Of a stretch of 64,000 nucleotides of DNA, positions 1 to 8,651 are shown piece after piece (the stretch's first letter is position 1; each line of letters opens with the position of its first letter). The stretch covers positions 16,174-80,173 of the forward strand of contig JAFUSA010000017.1 in the NCBI GenBank assembly GCA_017480745.1, in the 5' to 3' direction. Both the position numbers and the translations under genes were made by a program. The notes beneath the pieces are model-generated. The model searched no databases and had not been told where the DNA came from. It saw nothing but the letters and a program-made list of their open reading frames with translations. Source of the stretch: Alphaproteobacteria bacterium (GTDB lineage Bacteria; Pseudomonadota; Alphaproteobacteria; RF32; CAG-239).

Positions 1-227
1 AAAAGATAGTGGAAGAAAAAGGGTTGAAACAAGTAACAGATATATCGGCAATAGAAAAAATAATTGATGATGTTATTGCATCTAATGCTGAAAATGTTGC
101 TGCATACAAAAACGGTAAGACTAATTTATTGGGATGGTTTGTGGGACAAATTATTAAAGCTTCTCAAGGTAAGGCTAATCCGTCTATTGTGAATAAATTA
201 CTCAAAGAAAAGTTAGATGGTGCATAA
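1..227 (+). CDS. gatB: Asp/Glu-tRNA amidotransferase subunit B, C-terminal end (partial, begins upstream of window)
   Basis: The frame is open from the window edge. It has a GatB/YqeY-type tail ...[31 protein letters not shown]. The TAA stop at 225-227 overlaps the next ATG. Confidence 0.8.
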   Translation, partial: KIVEEKGLKQVTDISAIEKIIDDVIASNAENVAAYKNGKTNLLGWFVGQIIKASQGKANPSIVNKLLKEKLDGA

Positions 228-2113
228 TGGAACAAAATGATTTAAATTCTGAGGAAAGAATAATATCTCCGTTGAGGCATGATATGAGCGGGAGATTTTC
301 TCGCAAAGGCAAGCCTGTTAAAGAAAAAAAAGATCATAGCAAACTAAATGAAAGTTTATATATAGCGCTTTTCATGTTTTGTATTATTTTGGCTGATATA
401 GTATTGTTTGCCTATTCGCGTGATATATCTCTGTTTATGGAAAACGGTATGCTCATAAAGCCGTTTTTAATAATTGCCGGGATATCATTATCGGCTTCGC
501 TTATTCTATCTCTTGTTTTATTTAATTTTAGAGTTGTCCGCAGTATTTTGGTTGCTGTTTTTGTTAGTTTTTTCATTTTTGTATTTTTCAAACAATTTGC
601 TATGTTTACGCATGATATTACGTTCGGAGAGCACACTGTTCCTCTATCGGCATTAATAGGTGTAAGCGGAGGAGTGTTGACTTATGCTGTACTTGCTCAG
701 AATAATGTATTATATAAGCTTCTTTTGCTTGTCTCTTCGGTGATCCTATTATTACACATAGCATCTGCATATATCTTTGGCCACAATAAAATATCTGACT
801 ATATTGAAGTAAGAAATGAGCAACCAAATGGTATAGGTAAGGGAAAGCGCTTTGTTTATGTGTTTTTACCTAATTTATCTTCTTATCAGTATATGAGCAG
901 TATTCGCACCCCGTATGCTATAAACACCCAACATATTATGCAGGGTTTTTTCCAAAAAAACAATTTCACAGTATATAGCCGCGCATACAACAAAGACGTT
1001 GATTATATTCAGACAGTGGTGAGAATGCTAAATCCATCAACAAAGAATGGATTAAAAGGTCATTTGATGAATACTAAATTGATTAAAGATTATTGGAAAT
1101 TCCGTAATTTGCGAGATGACTTTATATACCTTAAAGACAATGAGTTGTATGATTATCTGCAAGCAAAAGGCTATACTGTGTCGGCATATAAATCAAAAGA
1201 CATAGACTTATGTAGCAAAAAACATAAAGATTCCGTCGCTCGATGTGTAGAAAAAACAACAAAAGCTTTTAATGTAAATAATCAGTTGTTAACTTTGCAA
1301 CAAAATTTACGTATTTTTGCTATTCAGTGGTTAATGGGATCTCATTTGTTTAAGGATTATAATTCTTTGCTGAAAATGTTTGCAGAATATTTACCTATAT
1401 CAGATTTACCGATTATCGGAACGAACTATAACAATGTTTACACTCTAAACTCGGTAGATGTTTTTGATATTTTGTTGGAAGATATGAAAAAAGACAGCGG
1501 AAAACAAGCATATTTTGTTTTAACGGATACTCCATCCAATATATTTGTATATGATGAATATTGTCGGGTTAAACCGCTTGATAAATGGCTTAACATATCG
1601 CAAATAAATTGGCTTAGCAATCCGCAAGACGGTTCATTACAGAAAGCTTATTTACAACAGACGCGTTGTTTGTTTGGAAAATTGGAAGATTTTATAAGTA
1701 AATTGCGCCAAAACGATTTGTGGAATAATACATCAATAATAATTCAGGGTGTTTCTTCTGTTAATGATTTCGAAATCGAGCATACCAACAATGTTAAAGT
1801 TTCTTTCGTTAACGAGCATCTTACCACAATGGCTATACATGATGAAAGTATGAAAAATAACAAAGTGGATGATGGTATTTGTCCGACAAACGTTATTTTA
1901 TCAGACTATTTATTCGGAACTCATAAGTGTAAAGACGAAAAGTTGAGTTTTAATGAGGTTGTAGTAAAAGATATTGTTGCCAGAATAAATCGCTATTCCC
2001 AAGGATTTTCAGACAATTATATTAAAAAGTTTGAAAATTGGTATAAAAAATGGCAAGAACGCAACAATATTTCTGAGGTTTTAACAAATGATGATATGGG
2101 GATAGATTTGTAA
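227..2113 (+). CDS. Polytopic membrane protein with large extracytoplasmic domain; sulfatase/phosphoethanolamine-transferase-like architecture, function unproven
   Basis: 628 aa. About five hydrophobic helices fall in the first ~190 aa, followed by a ~430-aa soluble domain. I could not identify a catalytic motif with certainty. Confidence 0.4.
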   Translation: MEQNDLNSEERIISPLRHDMSGRFSRKGKPVKEKKDHSKLNESLYIALFMFCIILADIVLFAYSRDISLFMENGMLIKPFLIIAGISLSASLILSLVLFNFRVVRSILVAVFVSFFIFVFFKQFAMFTHDITFGEHTVPLSALIGVSGGVLTYAVLAQNNVLYKLLLLVSSVILLLHIASAYIFGHNKISDYIEVRNEQPNGIGKGKRFVYVFLPNLSSYQYMSSIRTPYAINTQHIMQGFFQKNNFTVYSRAYNKDVDYIQTVVRMLNPSTKNGLKGHLMNTKLIKDYWKFRNLRDDFIYLKDNELYDYLQAKGYTVSAYKSKDIDLCSKKHKDSVARCVEKTTKAFNVNNQLLTLQQNLRIFAIQWLMGSHLFKDYNSLLKMFAEYLPISDLPIIGTNYNNVYTLNSVDVFDILLEDMKKDSGKQAYFVLTDTPSNIFVYDEYCRVKPLDKWLNISQINWLSNPQDGSLQKAYLQQTRCLFGKLEDFISKLRQNDLWNNTSIIIQGVSSVNDFEIEHTNNVKVSFVNEHLTTMAIHDESMKNNKVDDGICPTNVILSDYLFGTHKCKDEKLSFNEVVVKDIVARINRYSQGFSDNYIKKFENWYKKWQERNNISEVLTNDDMGIDL

Positions 2114-2126
2114 GACAGGTGTAACA

Positions 2127-3140
2127 ATGCGTTGGAATGAAAATGTAGAGCGTTTCAAAAATAATCGACGTGCGGTTTGGTCCTTGTTTTTGTTTGTTAC
2201 AATATTTATTGTTTCCTTATTTTCAGAACTTATAGCAAATGATAGGCCTTTGGTCATAAAGTATAATAACAAAATATATTTTCCCGTTTTTTCTGATTTA
2301 AGTGATGTGTTTTTGGGTGGAGATTTTCCAACTTCGGCGGATTATGGTGATCGATTGATAATTAATAATATTCAATCATCAGGCGGGTGGATGATTAAAA
2401 CTCCGATAAATTATTCTTTTAACACTGTGGATTATTATTTGGATACACCGACCCCCTCTGCTCCGGATCATCAACATTGGCTGGGAACGGATGAAGAGGG
2501 GCGTGATGTGTTGGCACGTATTTTATATGGTGTAAGGTTATCAATAATTTTTGCTTTTTTACTGACTTTTATATCATCATTATTGGGTATATTTATCGGA
2601 GCCATACAGGGATATTTTGGCGGCAAAACAGATCTGTTTTTGCAACGTTTTATTGAAATATGGGACTCATTGCCTCAACTTTTTATTTTAATTATTATTG
2701 CCAGTGTGTTTTTACCAACATTTTGGAGTTTGCTAATTATATTGTTGTTGTTTTCTTGGACCGGATTAACCGGCATGGTGCGGGCGGAATTTTTGCGTTT
2801 GCGTAACTTCGAATTTGTTAAAGCAGCCAAGGTTTTGGGTGTTAGTGATTTTCGTATTATGTTTCGCCATATATTGCCAAATGCATTGGTAACCTCTATA
2901 ACATTTATTCCGTTTATTATGGCAGAAGCAATCACTGCATTGAGTGCGCTTGATTTTTTAGGTCTTGGATTACCGACTGATTATCCGTCATTAGGAGATT
3001 TGGTTCGTCAGGGAAAAGATAATCTGCATGCTCCGTGGATCGGGGTGAGCATTTTCATTGTTCTCTCCGGATTGCTTTCTATGTTGATATTCATAGGTGA
3101 GGGAATAAGAGATGCTTTTGATACAAGGAAAAATAAATGA
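2127..3140 (+). CDS. yejE: ABC transporter permease, YejE-like (oligopeptide/microcin C type)
   Basis: 337 aa. N-terminus NRRAVWSLFLF...ELIANDRPLVIKYNNKIYFPVF is typical of YejE. It has a BPD-transporter core and a 4-nt overlap with the next gene. Confidence 0.8.
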   Translation: MRWNENVERFKNNRRAVWSLFLFVTIFIVSLFSELIANDRPLVIKYNNKIYFPVFSDLSDVFLGGDFPTSADYGDRLIINNIQSSGGWMIKTPINYSFNTVDYYLDTPTPSAPDHQHWLGTDEEGRDVLARILYGVRLSIIFAFLLTFISSLLGIFIGAIQGYFGGKTDLFLQRFIEIWDSLPQLFILIIIASVFLPTFWSLLIILLLFSWTGLTGMVRAEFLRLRNFEFVKAAKVLGVSDFRIMFRHILPNALVTSITFIPFIMAEAITALSALDFLGLGLPTDYPSLGDLVRQGKDNLHAPWIGVSIFIVLSGLLSMLIFIGEGIRDAFDTRKNK

Positions 3141-4717
3141 ATATGCTAACAATCAAACATCTCTCGGTAAATTTCAAAAGCAAAAAAAATAATGATTTTC
3201 AAGCAGTTAAAGATGTTAATTTAAGTCTTGATACAGGGAAAATTCTTGGAATTGTAGGTGAATCCGGTTCAGGGAAGTCTGTAACCGCCTTATCAATATT
3301 GGGTTTGTTACCATATCCTAAGGCATATCATTCTAAAAACAGCTCTATTATCTTTAACAATCAAGAACTTATAGGACTATCTGAAAGTGAATTTCAAAAG
3401 ATACGTGGTAATCAGATTGCTTTTATATTTCAAGAGCCGATGTCATCTCTAAATCCTTTACATAAAATCGGTCACCAAATCGCTGAAAGTATTGAGATGC
3501 ATCAGCATTTAAGTCAGGCAGAAATAAAAAAACGAACACTAAATTTATTAAAACTCGTTAAAATACCGCATCCGCAGGAAAAAATAAATGCTTATCCGTT
3601 TGAGCTTTCCGGAGGTCAGCGCCAAAGAGTAATGATTGCAATGGCTATTGCTAATAATCCGCAAATTTTAATCGCCGATGAGCCGACAACAGCGCTGGAT
3701 GTTACTATTCAGGAACAAATAATAAATTTGTTATTGGAATTAAAGCAGAAAATAGGTATGTCTGTTATATTCATTAGTCATAATCTCCATTTGGTTCATA
3801 AAATAGCCGATGATATTGCTGTTATGTATAAGGGAGAATTAGTTGAATACGGTTCAGCCAAGCAAGTATTTGAAGCCCCTAACCATAGCTACACTAAAAA
3901 GTTAATAAACTCGGTTATGCCTTTGAATAAGGCTGATAATATTGATAAAAATATAGTTTTGAAAGCGGAAAAAATAAATGTTGCCTTTCCTTTGAAAAAA
4001 AATATATGGGGTAGGGTAATCGAGCAACTAAAAGCCGTAAACAATGTTAGCTTCAATTTAAAAACAGGAGAAACAATCGGTATTGTAGGTGAATCCGGTT
4101 CAGGTAAAACAACTTTGGCTATGTCTATTGTTAATTTAATAAAACACGATGGAAAAATATATGTAAAAAACAACAAGTTATTTAATGAAGTTAATTGCTT
4201 TAATAAAGATTTACAATTAGTTTTTCAAGATCCTTATAATTCACTCAATCCGCGTATGAATATTGCTGAAATTATTGGAGAAGGTTTGAATATTCATTAT
4301 AAAAATTTAAGCAAACAAGAAAAAACGGAAAAAATAATACGCATATTGAAAGAAGTTGAATTAGATGAAAGTGTTCTGAATAAATATCCGCACGAATTTT
4401 CCGGAGGTCAACGCCAAAGAATATCTTTGGCACGTGCTCTGATTTTGAATCCGCAAATAATTATATTAGATGAACCAACGTCGGCTTTAGATGTTACAGT
4501 GCAAGCACAAATAATAAAATTACTGAAACATTTGCAACAAAAACTTAAACTGTCTTATATTTTTATTTCGCACGATATGAATGCAATTAAAGCAATTTCG
4601 CACAGAGTTATGGTAATGAAAGACGGAAAAATAGTTGAACAAGGAACGGTAAAGCAGATTTTTCAAAGTCCGCGTCATAGTTACACTAAAAACCTGATTA
4701 AGGCTACAAAACTATAA
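3137..4717 (+). CDS. yejF: ABC transporter ATP-binding protein with two fused ATPase domains, YejF-like
   Basis: 526 aa. Two Walker A motifs (GESGSGKS, GESGSGKT), two LSGGQRQR signatures, two Walker B motifs (ILIADEPT, IIILDEPT). Confidence 0.85.
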   Translation: MNMLTIKHLSVNFKSKKNNDFQAVKDVNLSLDTGKILGIVGESGSGKSVTALSILGLLPYPKAYHSKNSSIIFNNQELIGLSESEFQKIRGNQIAFIFQEPMSSLNPLHKIGHQIAESIEMHQHLSQAEIKKRTLNLLKLVKIPHPQEKINAYPFELSGGQRQRVMIAMAIANNPQILIADEPTTALDVTIQEQIINLLLELKQKIGMSVIFISHNLHLVHKIADDIAVMYKGELVEYGSAKQVFEAPNHSYTKKLINSVMPLNKADNIDKNIVLKAEKINVAFPLKKNIWGRVIEQLKAVNNVSFNLKTGETIGIVGESGSGKTTLAMSIVNLIKHDGKIYVKNNKLFNEVNCFNKDLQLVFQDPYNSLNPRMNIAEIIGEGLNIHYKNLSKQEKTEKIIRILKEVELDESVLNKYPHEFSGGQRQRISLARALILNPQIIILDEPTSALDVTVQAQIIKLLKHLQQKLKLSYIFISHDMNAIKAISHRVMVMKDGKIVEQGTVKQIFQSPRHSYTKNLIKATKL

Positions 4718-4759
4718 AATAAGCCACAAACAATAAATATTTGCATTTAGATGATTAAA

Positions 4760-4787
4760 ACTATACATAATATTCATTATGCGACAA
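4760..4787 (-). other. dif-like XerC/D recombination site (left prophage junction)
   Basis: Minus strand reads TTGTCGCATAA-TGAATA-TTATGTATAGT. 20 of 28 positions match E. coli dif GGTGCGCATAA-TGTATA-TTATGTTAAAT, including the inner CGCATAA / TTATGT half-sites. Confidence 0.6.
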
Positions 4788-4789
4788 AT
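4767..4789. repeat. Direct repeat, left copy (ATAATATTCATTATGCGACAAAT)
   Basis: Identical 23-mer at 13001-13023. Partial identity continues 3' (a GT dinucleotide and a further A match). Confidence 0.95.
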
Positions 4790-4964
4790 TGTAAACTCAC
4801 CCAATATATAAAATTATTGTATTTTAATAAGTTGCTCTATACTATCTAAGCTAATACTTTATTTTTTTAATTATTTTAATAATTCTTACGCAAAATAATT
4901 TTATTGCCTCTTCGCAATTTTTTATATACATATATAACAAAATAATTAAATAAGAGTTAATAAA

Positions 4965-5414
4965 ATGATTGATTATGAACAGATAAGTTATATAGAACAA
5001 TTGCTTTATAAAGCGTTGGATGATTTACAATATGCACTTGACGATTGCAATTTCAAAGAGATTTTGAATATGTCGCGAAAATATAAATACGAAAATAGTA
5101 TTTCATTGGATCACTACCTAACTGGACATAATAAAATGATGTGGAGACTATATACCTACCTTATCAATGGAATTCACACCGATGATGCTAAAAGAATGCT
5201 TTATCAGGAATTCCATCTTGAACCGATTATATGCACAAGGTTGGTTGATGACGTTTATGTCAGGCAACGCCGACAAATGATGCCAAATAAAATATACGCA
5301 GCGCACATGATGAAAAGAGCTGGTATAACAAATAAAAAAATCGCAACCGTCTTAGAAGTTTCATCATCTACGGTTGCTACATATTTAAAGGTTAATCTTA
5401 CAGTTAAAAATTAA
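4965..5414 (+). CDS. Prophage HTH DNA-binding protein (putative regulator)
   Basis: 149 aa. C-terminal helix-turn-helix KRAGITNKKIATVLEVSSSTVATYLK. It is the only plus-strand gene in the element. Confidence 0.55.
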   Translation: MIDYEQISYIEQLLYKALDDLQYALDDCNFKEILNMSRKYKYENSISLDHYLTGHNKMMWRLYTYLINGIHTDDAKRMLYQEFHLEPIICTRLVDDVYVRQRRQMMPNKIYAAHMMKRAGITNKKIATVLEVSSSTVATYLKVNLTVKN

Positions 5415-5779
5415 TTTTCACATATAGGTGTTAAATTGTATAAATCTCTTCGTGCTGGACGCCACCAATCCCATGAAAAATATTTTTCCGGAACATAAAA
5501 CAAATTAAATGGGTTTAATACCATAGGTGTATCAAATTCATAATCCGGATGCAAAATAGCAGTTTTACATCCTTTTTTACGCCCCTCTAATATTGTATTT
5601 TTAATTCCTTTATAAGGAAGCTTTGCTTGTGTATGATTTATGCCTTGAAGCTCATTATTCATGTATAAATCTGTATACTTTTCATAACTTAATAGTGTTA
5701 CAAGGTTTTTTGCGTCGTTTTCACTGTTGGCACATCCGAAAAGTGTTAAAACTGCCGCAATTAAATAAATTTTTTTCAT
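5411..5779 (-). CDS. Prophage-encoded lipoprotein (moron candidate)
   Basis: 122 aa. Lipobox MKKIYLIAAVLTLFGC. Own promoter-like TTGACT-17 nt-TACACT upstream at about 5812-5840. Confidence 0.6.
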   Translation of the reverse strand: MKKIYLIAAVLTLFGCANSENDAKNLVTLLSYEKYTDLYMNNELQGINHTQAKLPYKGIKNTILEGRKKGCKTAILHPDYEFDTPMVLNPFNLFYVPEKYFSWDWWRPARRDLYNLTPICEN

Positions 5780-5858
5780 ATTTATACACTCCTACAGAAA
5801 CTACTTCCAAGAGTGTATAAATATGTATTAAGAAAGTCAACACTAATTAATGACATTG

Positions 5859-6005
5859 TTAATCATTCCAGAAAGAATCCCAAAAAGAACGATGTTTTGC
5901 CTGTTTTTTGCCTCCTGTGCGCGTTGTTTTTCTTTTTGTAATAGTCTTTGTTTTACTAACTTTGCAACGCTTGGAAGCCGTTTTTCTTTTTCTATGTGTA
6001 GCCAT
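5859..6005 (-). CDS. 48-aa highly basic mini-protein (not in ORF track)
   Basis: Translated by hand: MATHRKRKTASKRCKVSKTKTITKRKTTRTGGKKQAKHRSFWDSFWND. SD is TAGGAGGGTAAT-ATG. Confidence 0.55.
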   Translation of the reverse strand: MATHRKRKTASKRCKVSKTKTITKRKTTRTGGKKQAKHRSFWDSFWND

Positions 6006-6006
6006 A

Positions 6007-6147
6007 TTACCCTCCTATCAATTTAATCAATTCAATCATAAAATCAGGCGCCGATAATGAACCGCCAACTAATCCGGCCAAAGCAGTTAAAACCCCTGCC
6101 CAAAACCCTTTATTTTTTACCTTTTCCTTTAATTCCGAAATATGCAT
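6007..6147 (-). CDS. 46-aa single-TM mini-protein (holin-like position)
   Basis: MHISELKEKVKNKGFWAGVLTALAGLVGGSLSAPDFMIELIKLIGG. SD is GGAGGGGAG. Its stop abuts the next gene's start. Confidence 0.5.
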   Translation of the reverse strand: MHISELKEKVKNKGFWAGVLTALAGLVGGSLSAPDFMIELIKLIGG

Positions 6148-6268
6148 CTATACTCCCCTCCAGCCGCGATAATCTTTCGTTCATATCCGATATTTTGCGC
6201 AGATACCATAACAGCACCACGAAAACAGGAGAATTTATCAACATTTGATTAAACAGCTCTTGTGTCAT
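6110..6268 (-). CDS. 52-aa single-TM mini-protein
   Basis: MTQELFNQMLINSPVFVVLLWYLRKISDMNERLSRLEGSIDAYFGIKGKGKK. Starts 4 nt after the upstream stop and overlaps the next mini-ORF in another frame. SD is weak. Confidence 0.4.
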   Translation of the reverse strand: MTQELFNQMLINSPVFVVLLWYLRKISDMNERLSRLEGSIDAYFGIKGKGKK

Positions 6269-6272
6269 ATCA

Positions 6273-6458
6273 TTATTTCTTTGTCAAAAGTTTGTAACCA
6301 AAGAATAAAGCCGCAGCCAATATAACATATTTACCGAAAGTTGCCTCCTTAGCGTCTTGCACTTCTTCTGCTTTGCTCTCTTTATACGAGTCAACTGCAT
6401 AATCTATTCCGATTGTTGCCAATATTGCACCGCCTAATTTTGCCAATGCTCCCCACAT
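6273..6458 (-). CDS. 61-aa two-TM mini-protein (holin-like)
   Basis: Internal start of the 100-aa track ORF: AAGGAGGTAAAA-ATG, MWGALAKLGGAILATIGIDYAV...VILAAALFFGYKLLTKK. Confidence 0.6.
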   Translation of the reverse strand: MWGALAKLGGAILATIGIDYAVDSYKESKAEEVQDAKEATFGKYVILAAALFFGYKLLTKK

Positions 6459-6468
6459 TTTTACCTCC

Positions 6469-6615
6469 TTACTTAAAAAATTTTTTATATACAAAATAGA
6501 TAATAATACCTTGCACGGCCGCGGCCGCCAAATTAAAAGCCGGCTGTGTGCTTTGCTTTTTATCCCAAATAGCAAAGCCTAACGCGCCGCCTAAAAAACT
6601 GACTAAATACCCCAT
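6469..6615 (-). CDS. 48-aa two-TM mini-protein
   Basis: MGYLVSFLGGALGFAIWDKKQSTQPAFNLAAAAVQGIIIYFVYKKFFK. SD is GTAGGAGATAATC-ATG. Directly downstream of the lysin. Confidence 0.55.
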   Translation of the reverse strand: MGYLVSFLGGALGFAIWDKKQSTQPAFNLAAAAVQGIIIYFVYKKFFK

Positions 6616-6624
6616 GATTATCTC

Positions 6625-7080
6625 CTACACATAAAAAACATGATTACCGATGGTTACAGTCTTTGTCATTGAAGCCGCCCAGTACGGCATAACAGATTTT
6701 GCATGATAATGTGTTGCCCCTCCGGTTATATCCTGTAATGTTCCGGCAATCGCTTGTTTAGCAATATTGAGCTCTGTTGCTAATTGTGCCGGAGTTGCCG
6801 CGATAATCTTTGCACGATTCGGATCATCCGTATTCCAACAGCTGAATTGATAAGGTTTTAAAACAACATCTTTTACACTAGCACCATACCATCCACCGGC
6901 TTTAACTCTATTCATTATCACATTTGCTACGGCCTGCATACCTTTTATTCCCTCGCCTCGTGCTTCGCCGTAAATTGTGCGTGCTAAATAATCTGCTTGG
7001 TCTTCCGTCATATCATATCCTTTTTTTAATAACCTATAACCTATATAAACTGCCCCTATTATTAAAAACGTTCTAAGCAT
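6625..7080 (-). CDS. Cell-wall hydrolase, SleB/Hydrolase_2 family, with N-terminal signal-anchor (endolysin)
   Basis: 151 aa. TM helix MLRTFLIIGAVYIGYRLL, then ARTIYGEARGEG...AVANVIMNRV...PYQFSCWN, typical of the SleB-type domain. Confidence 0.8.
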   Translation of the reverse strand: MLRTFLIIGAVYIGYRLLKKGYDMTEDQADYLARTIYGEARGEGIKGMQAVANVIMNRVKAGGWYGASVKDVVLKPYQFSCWNTDDPNRAKIIAATPAQLATELNIAKQAIAGTLQDITGGATHYHAKSVMPYWAASMTKTVTIGNHVFYV

Positions 7081-7083
7081 CGT

Positions 7084-7404
7084 TTAACCCTCTAATTCGT
7101 TAATCTCTGCCCGCCATCCTTGGCGTTTTGCAATAACATCAGCATATTGTTCAGCTGTTGCCGCACCCTCAGCGATTTTGATAATTGCATAATCTGTTTG
7201 TTGAAGTAATTTTTTTAACTCATTGATTCTGGATTGTTTAATTTTTTCTTCTATTGACCATGAATTTTTCACAACAGTGTAATATTCGCCTTGTTCTTCA
7301 ATATGATATTCCTGCCCATCATTACACCATTGGGCAACTTTGCTGTAATCCTCTTGTTTTTCCGATATATCTGTTTTTAATATTTTCCAATTGCTGTATG
7401 TCAT
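7084..7404 (-). CDS. 106-aa protein, possible fibre/spike assembly chaperone
   Basis: Start chosen at MTYSNWKIL (SD GGAGAAAATA). The C-terminal pattern ...AEQYADVIAKRQGWRAEINELE resembles tail-fibre assembly proteins. The position after the spike gene fits that role. Confidence 0.35.
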   Translation of the reverse strand: MTYSNWKILKTDISEKQEDYSKVAQWCNDGQEYHIEEQGEYYTVVKNSWSIEEKIKQSRINELKKLLQQTDYAIIKIAEGAATAEQYADVIAKRQGWRAEINELEG

Positions 7405-7415
7405 TATTTTCTCCA

Positions 7416-8015
7416 TCAGTAACCAATAGATATCCAATATCCGCCACCCTCACCGTAATTAGTAAGAGTAAACGAAGTTGTTGTTATTCCATTTATTGCG
7501 TCATTGTCATTCGTTCCGGAAGCGTTGTTGCGTGTAAATGTTACCACGCATCCGGTGGTAAATGGCATATGAAAATTATAAGTTCCACTTCCAGGAACTA
7601 ATCCCCATTGAATAATTATACCGTTACTCAATTTCATATAACCATATTGTCCAGTAACAGATGTTCCATTATTAGTTATGGGATAACCTAATCCTCCCTC
7701 CCCTCTAATTTGCGCCACACCTGTCGCATTATTAATTAACATTCCAATGGCATTGGTATTATATGATCCGTGCGGGTCATTTATGCTTGTTGGTAAAAAA
7801 TAAGTGTTATCACCATCATTTCTAATAAGAAAACCATATTTATTATATGAATCTATTGCTCTAAATTGAGCTGGGTTTTGAGCATTTGCTTGTACACTTA
7901 ATTCAGAATCAGTAAAAAATGTTTGATGTGTACTTGGTGTAAAAGTTTTTTGTCCATTAATCACTTGATTCCCAACCGTTCTGACTGAATTTATACCTCG
8001 CCCGACAAATCCCAT
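7416..8015 (-). CDS. Receptor-binding spike/fibre-like protein
   Basis: 199 aa. The motif GYMKLSNGIIIQWG...FHMPF is recurrent in the C-terminal knobs of phage fibre/spike proteins. SD is AGGAG. Confidence 0.55.
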   Translation of the reverse strand: MGFVGRGINSVRTVGNQVINGQKTFTPSTHQTFFTDSELSVQANAQNPAQFRAIDSYNKYGFLIRNDGDNTYFLPTSINDPHGSYNTNAIGMLINNATGVAQIRGEGGLGYPITNNGTSVTGQYGYMKLSNGIIIQWGLVPGSGTYNFHMPFTTGCVVTFTRNNASGTNDNDAINGITTTSFTLTNYGEGGGYWISIGY

Positions 8016-8027
8016 AATATCTTACTC

Positions 8028-8651
8028 CTAATAACCAATTGTGTAATTGTATGTACCGGCTGCTGTCACACTTATTTTTGATGGTAATGCAAGCGAACAA
8101 CTCCATGCTGCTCCCTCTGGCAATGTTAAACTACTGACTGCATAACTTTCACCAGATATATCAATCGTTACACTCCCTGCTGTAACCATTATATTAAAAT
8201 CGCATCCTCCAACATCGAAAAACTGACTTACAGAAGATACACCACCAACAAGATTATTTAATCTCACAGATTGCACGGGTAAAATTGAAGCAGCAGTCAC
8301 TGGTAAAGTTGAGGCTGCTGCAACATTTACAATACCTGAAACAGTTAATCGTGAATCTTTTATATCGCCGACACCGACAACAAAATGAGCAGTTATTTCA
8401 GAGTTGCTATCATTCCATAATTCTATAAATTCAACTGGTTCGGTTAACCTGTAACCTAAACCTGGTGTAAATGGTGTTTGAATCATTGTTCCACCAAAAG
8501 ATACTTTTAACGCATTTGGCTCAGAAACATCCAGAAGATGAAATGAATCCGTTACATAATCCAATTTAAAATGTTCGTTTTCTTTTAATGTTTTTGTGTA
8601 TTCCCAATACGGCGCTTGAGTCGAACCTAAATTAATTGTTTGTGCTACCAT
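8028..8651 (-). CDS. Virion structural protein (vertex/penton candidate)
   Basis: 207 aa, beta-rich, no TM. Ends ...YTIGY like the downstream spike, which ends ...ISIGY. Confidence 0.35.
   Translation of the reverse strand: MVAQTINLGSTQAPYWEYTKTLKENEHFKLDYVTDSFHLLDVSEPNALKVSFGGTMIQTPFTPGLGYRLTEPVEFIELWNDSNSEITAHFVVGVGDIKDSRLTVSGIVNVAAASTLPVTAASILPVQSVRLNNLVGGVSSVSQFFDVGGCDFNIMVTAGSVTIDISGESYAVSSLTLPEGAAWSCSLALPSKISVTAAGTYNYTIGY

Noticed and set aside
2127-4717. yejE/yejF-like genes without yejA/yejB partners. The upstream gene is an unrelated membrane protein.
   Set aside because: Partner genes may simply be elsewhere in the genome. This cannot be evaluated from one window.
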